A stretch of 63,937 nt of DNA, the filler included, from Hausera hauseri (Eukaryota): the NCBI GenBank assembly GCA_046269625.1. It is 13 parts of 13 records of this genome, joined end to end, with 100 filler letters (N's around TTAATTAATTAA, not from the genome) between each part and the next. Parts side by side here need not be neighbours in the genome. Positions count along the whole stretch, not along the records: positions 59,938 to 63,937 come from JBJURY010828638.1; 12 more parts are not named here. One strand, 5' to 3'. Both the position numbers and the translations under genes were made by a program. The notes beneath the pieces are model-generated. The model did not search any database and was not told the DNA's origin. It saw nothing but the letters and a program-made list of their open reading frames with translations. Positions 60,096-63,937 of the stretch are shown here, piece by piece (within the stretch, counting starts at the first letter, position 1; every line of letters begins with the position of its first letter).

Positions 60096-60349
60096 TGATA
60101 GACTAGTTGGTAATATACTTTTAATCACACTTTTCTTCTTTTTGTCTCAATTTGTTTTAGAAAAATTTAATTTATTGAGGTCAAGGATGTTTGAGTCACT
60201 CACGGCAAGCATTTTTTTTCCTCTTTAAACTTAATTTCTTAGGAAGCAAAAAGTGAAATCGGTGATATTTCAAATTAAATGTCTTGTACAATCCGTACAG
60301 GTTGGCCAATTAAGGGCGCTACATAAAAATGTCACGAAGATGAGATATG

Positions 60350-61348
60350 GAAGCAAACCCTTGCATTGAAAATATAATTAACATACTATAACACACTTGC
60401 CTGGTTTAAAAGAGGAAACAATTTTTTTGTAAATTGAGAAGCCGCAACATCAGACATAAATTTACAGCAGAAATAAAAAAGGAAACAAAGCACTAGTATA
60501 CTTCAGGACAGTTTGGACCCAACAAGGTTAGACTTGAACAAAGCAATAATAGAAACCGAAAGAGAAAAAATGAGAAGTGGATCAGCAATACTATGAGGAA
60601 GAAAATATAAGACAAGAAGACTTCAAGACCAAAACTATTAAATACACAGTTACCACAGCTTAAGATACAACTCGCAAGGTCATACGCACATCAAGACAAA
60701 AAGTAACAAATGTATGCCAACAAGACAAACGAGAGTTCCATGATACTACGCCAGATAATAACAATATGAAAACATTTTACAAAATGAGAAACACGATGGA
60801 GAAAATGTTGGGACTGGGAATGAAGAACCACTTAAATGGGAAAATGGTACTACAGACAGCGGAGAGAATTTTAAAAAACTCATGTAATGGAAATGATACG
60901 ACAATAACTGAACAGACCTCAGCCACAAGTAGTGACAGATATAACAAACGTAAGATAGGAACTGAAAATAAACACCAGCCCAAAATTGCTAGAAGTGAAA
61001 GAAGTATTCCTCTGGACTCGGGGACGTAGAATAAATCTTATGTCATGGAGTGTTGGACTGCAAAATCTTTGGCCATTTACAGTTTTTCGAAGATATTATA
61101 TCTGGATGATTTCTCATACAAATCTCTGTTTCTGTCACAAAAGCAGATGGGTCTAGGCGCTGGCACACCACATCCTTGGTTTCCGTCAATTTGGGTTGTT
61201 TCAAAAATGTGTTTGTTCTGCTTAGTATTGTACATCTTTCTGATTATATCAAACATTTACCTTTACGCATCTGAACCGCACTACAACTAGCCTCTTAATA
61301 TTGTTGTAGGTGTTCATTTCCTGTAATCACACTTCTGAAGTGGGTCCA
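60350..61348. mobile_element. Highly decayed LINE (RTE-like) fragments in opposite orientations
   Basis: A-rich coding-like plus segment to about 61030, then a minus segment with GNQGWGVPAP (resembling GVRQGCVLAP). Confidence 0.4.
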
Positions 61349-61661
61349 NNNNNNNNNNTGAGACCATTATCCAGTTATATTAGTTCCTTCGGCAACTTAT
61401 TTGTTATCAGCAGCTTGGAAATTGTTTATTTATAAGTATCAACAGGTTCTGCAAATTCGATGGCAGTAATGTCTAATAATGTCCATGATCTAATTGCTGA
61501 TTGTTCTTGAATGATCTGTCAGCAGTCTATTTCTGATTATATACTACACAAATTTTACGCTACCATTCAGTAGCTTTAGAGTCTTTTCGGAAGAATGTGG
61601 TGAAACTGAAATTTATGTCATCAACTTTCTTCATTTTAATTACTTATCCCATAACTCAATA

Positions 61662-62753
61662 TATTTGGTGTGTCCAATAAGTAGTGAGACTCTTATAGAA
61701 AGGAGTAAGCGAACACATTGGGACTTGGTAATTACAGTAAGCAAGTCATGTAGACCTTATTTCTCAAAATAATTTCCATGCACATCGACACTTTTCCCAG
61801 GGAACGGCGAGTCTGTTGAATGTGTTTTTGAACAATTCAGACGGTTTCTCCTCCAAGCATCTTACCACAGCGGCTGTCAAATCCTCCTTAATGGCAATCT
61901 GACGACCCCACAAGAAAAATCTGAGGGAGCCAAATCCGAACTGTAGGGGGATGGTGGAGTAAATTCAGCCCACAACGCTCAATTGTGGCCATGGAAGCGC
62001 TGCTGGTGTGGATGGGAGTGTTATCGTATAAATAATATAGATCACACACTCTACTCTTGCATCCCACCTTCCTCGCTTGTTGCGCGAGATTGTAGTAATA
62101 AGAGCTGTTGATGAACACGCCAGATTTTCCGCATTTTCCGTGGAGATTTTTTCTGGTATTTTCCACTCTTGCGATTCTCTTTTATATTTCGGAACATACA
62201 ATGATAATGGTGTCTCGTCTATGGTCATGATGTTCTCCATGAAATTGTCTCCAACATTGAGCGTGATTTTCAGATTCTCCAAGCAGCACTGCAAACGGCA
62301 ATATTGCATTTCGGCAGTTAGGAACCGCAGTACAAAACAAGAACACAATTTTCGAATGCCATTTGCAGTGAGAAGATTGTATAGAGTGCCTTTGCTCATA
62401 TTTAGACAAATGGTGAGCTCTCTGGTCGTTGTTCTTGTCTCATTCTGCAAGGTTGTCTTCGGCTTCTCTGTTACTTTTTCATCAATCTCACAAAAGCCTT
62501 CCAGTTTTTTCATCATCCACCATGGATGTTCTACTACTCTGAAAGAACCTATTCTCTATTTTTGCTGTGGTACTGCACACTTTCCGGTGCCATTTTTAAA
62601 TATGCGCAAAAATTGACCAAACAAAAGGTGGTTTATTAAAACAAATGACATATCCATAGACTATATATTCTGAAGTTTAAATGTTATTCATCACATTGTT
62701 TTAGTATAATTATTTCTATAAGAGTTTCACTGCTTATTGGGCACACCACATGT
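61662..62753 (-). mobile_element. Mariner-family element with both TIRs, internally deleted
   Basis: TIRs ggtgtgtccaataagtagtgagactcttatagaaa and tttctataagagtttcactgcttattgggcacacc. Transposase motifs MTIDETPLSLYVP, LYDNTPIHTS and LLHHPP. Confidence 0.92.
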
Positions 62754-62795
62754 TATAAATCCAACACAAGAATAATCACTAACTGAATCATTTAG

Positions 62796-63713
62796 GTCCG
62801 AGCGATTTGAACGATGCTGGTTTTTTCTCAGGTTTGTCGTTATGCGTTCCGATAAAAGTATTATAATAGATAGACTCGAGTCCGTGTGGCAGTGAAATCA
62901 CTTTAAAGAAACTAGAGGATTTACAGGCCCAGTTTTGTCAAATGCAGAAAGACATTACATCATTGGTACAAATGCATATGTTCAATAAGTCTATTAGTAA
63001 TGGAAACTGTTCGTCGACGTTCATGCCAATCATGACGTCGTCACCCGCATCAGTTAAGTCCGTTCCCTACTGCACAGAAGTCCCACCATTCTTTCATAAT
63101 CAGTTTCTTCCGCCACCACCACCTCCATGTTTACCTCCCCCACCTCCGCCACCTCCTGAAGTCATAAATTTCAGGAAAGGCGCTAAGAAAGAGGTAAAAC
63201 ATCCTCATCCAATTAGCCTCGGATAAATAGTATTTAGGTCTTGAAAACGCTGCAAAAAGGAATGCCCGATATGAGTGAAGTTCTCAAGGGTATATCATCT
63301 GTTAAACTTCGACCGATTAAACGTGATGATGATGAAAATAAATCTCTTGAGAAGTTGAGTTTCGTCTTCTAGTTACTTCTGAAAATCGATTTCTAGAGCC
63401 GATGCTTTCAAATATCGTTTGCGGCCAATCACACGTCAGGAATCGATTATTGCTGACGCTCTTCGAGAACGATTCAAATCGTTTCGAATGTACAGAGAAG
63501 ATCGTGATGAATCAATTTCATCAGTTGAATGGGATGATTGTGGTTCAAACACGAGTCAAAATGTACGTTTCGGATGGAACTGAATCTGTTTATCATGTTT
63601 TCATCCTCTTTCAGGCGTACAGACATAACTTACGAAAGGTAGATCGATCTCAGTTGCCGTTCATTGTTTCCAAAGATTTCGATATAACCACCACCACGAA
63701 CAACAGTCAGTAA
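62796..63713 (+). CDS. MTFR1: Mitochondrial fission regulator (MTFR1/MTFR2, FAM54) family gene, 3' exons
   Basis: Exons 62796-62831, 62874-63193, 63238-63353, 63397-63562 and 63615-63713 (GT-AG introns of 42-52 nt) splice to an open frame. It contains TLKKLEDLQAQFCQMQKDITSLV, a poly-Pro tract, MPDMSEVLKGISSVKLRPIKR and IIADALRERF, in the MTFR1 motif order. Confidence 0.82.
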
Positions 63714-63907
63714 TTAGTATTAGTTTAAATTAGGATTCAGAATTTGCATTAATAATAAATGATGATGCGTTATTTGTTTTTTCTTTTTGTTTACTTTTTA
63801 CGAATGTTTTGATGACCGATCATTCTTAGTTCTCCGTTGATGATCTTATGGAACTTATTTTATTTGACATTTCGGCATGTTTAATTTGATAAATTTTATA
63901 TTTTGTC

Positions 63908-63929
63908 GTGTGTGTATGTGTGTGTGTGT
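63908..63929 (+). repeat. (TG)n microsatellite
   Basis: Direct reading. Confidence 0.9.
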
Positions 63930-63937
63930 GCCTGAAA

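Overview
This is not contiguous genomic DNA. It is 13 short contigs (about 4-6.5 kb each) joined by an artificial 100-bp spacer (44 N + TTAATTAATTAA + 44 N), so neighbourhoods across spacers carry no meaning. Most contigs look like an AT-rich animal genome with very short introns (about 34-52 nt), full of decayed mobile DNA: RTE LINEs, tRNA-derived SINEs, pogo, Tc1, DD41D and two mariner transposons, two Polinton/Maverick pPolB fragments and several Ty3/Gypsy elements. Recognisable host genes or fragments are an MTFR1-like gene, the RIC1 N-terminus, an eIF2B-epsilon-like remnant, a Smaug-type SAM domain and a small caveolin-like membrane protein. Two contigs (23824-29668 with an intact L2 LINE, and 34157-38356 with a giant repetitive exon) look teleost-like and may be host or other contamination. 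The most striking signal is a Gypsy-type retroelement family seen on two contigs (43944-50432 + and 55308-59837 -). It carries a chuvirus/Monjiviricetes-like fusion glycoprotein between gag and protease-RT-RNaseH-integrase, apparently inside one polyprotein. A large unknown domain lies between gag and env, and a second signal-peptide module is fused after integrase. All family assignments come from motifs recognised by eye; no searches were run.
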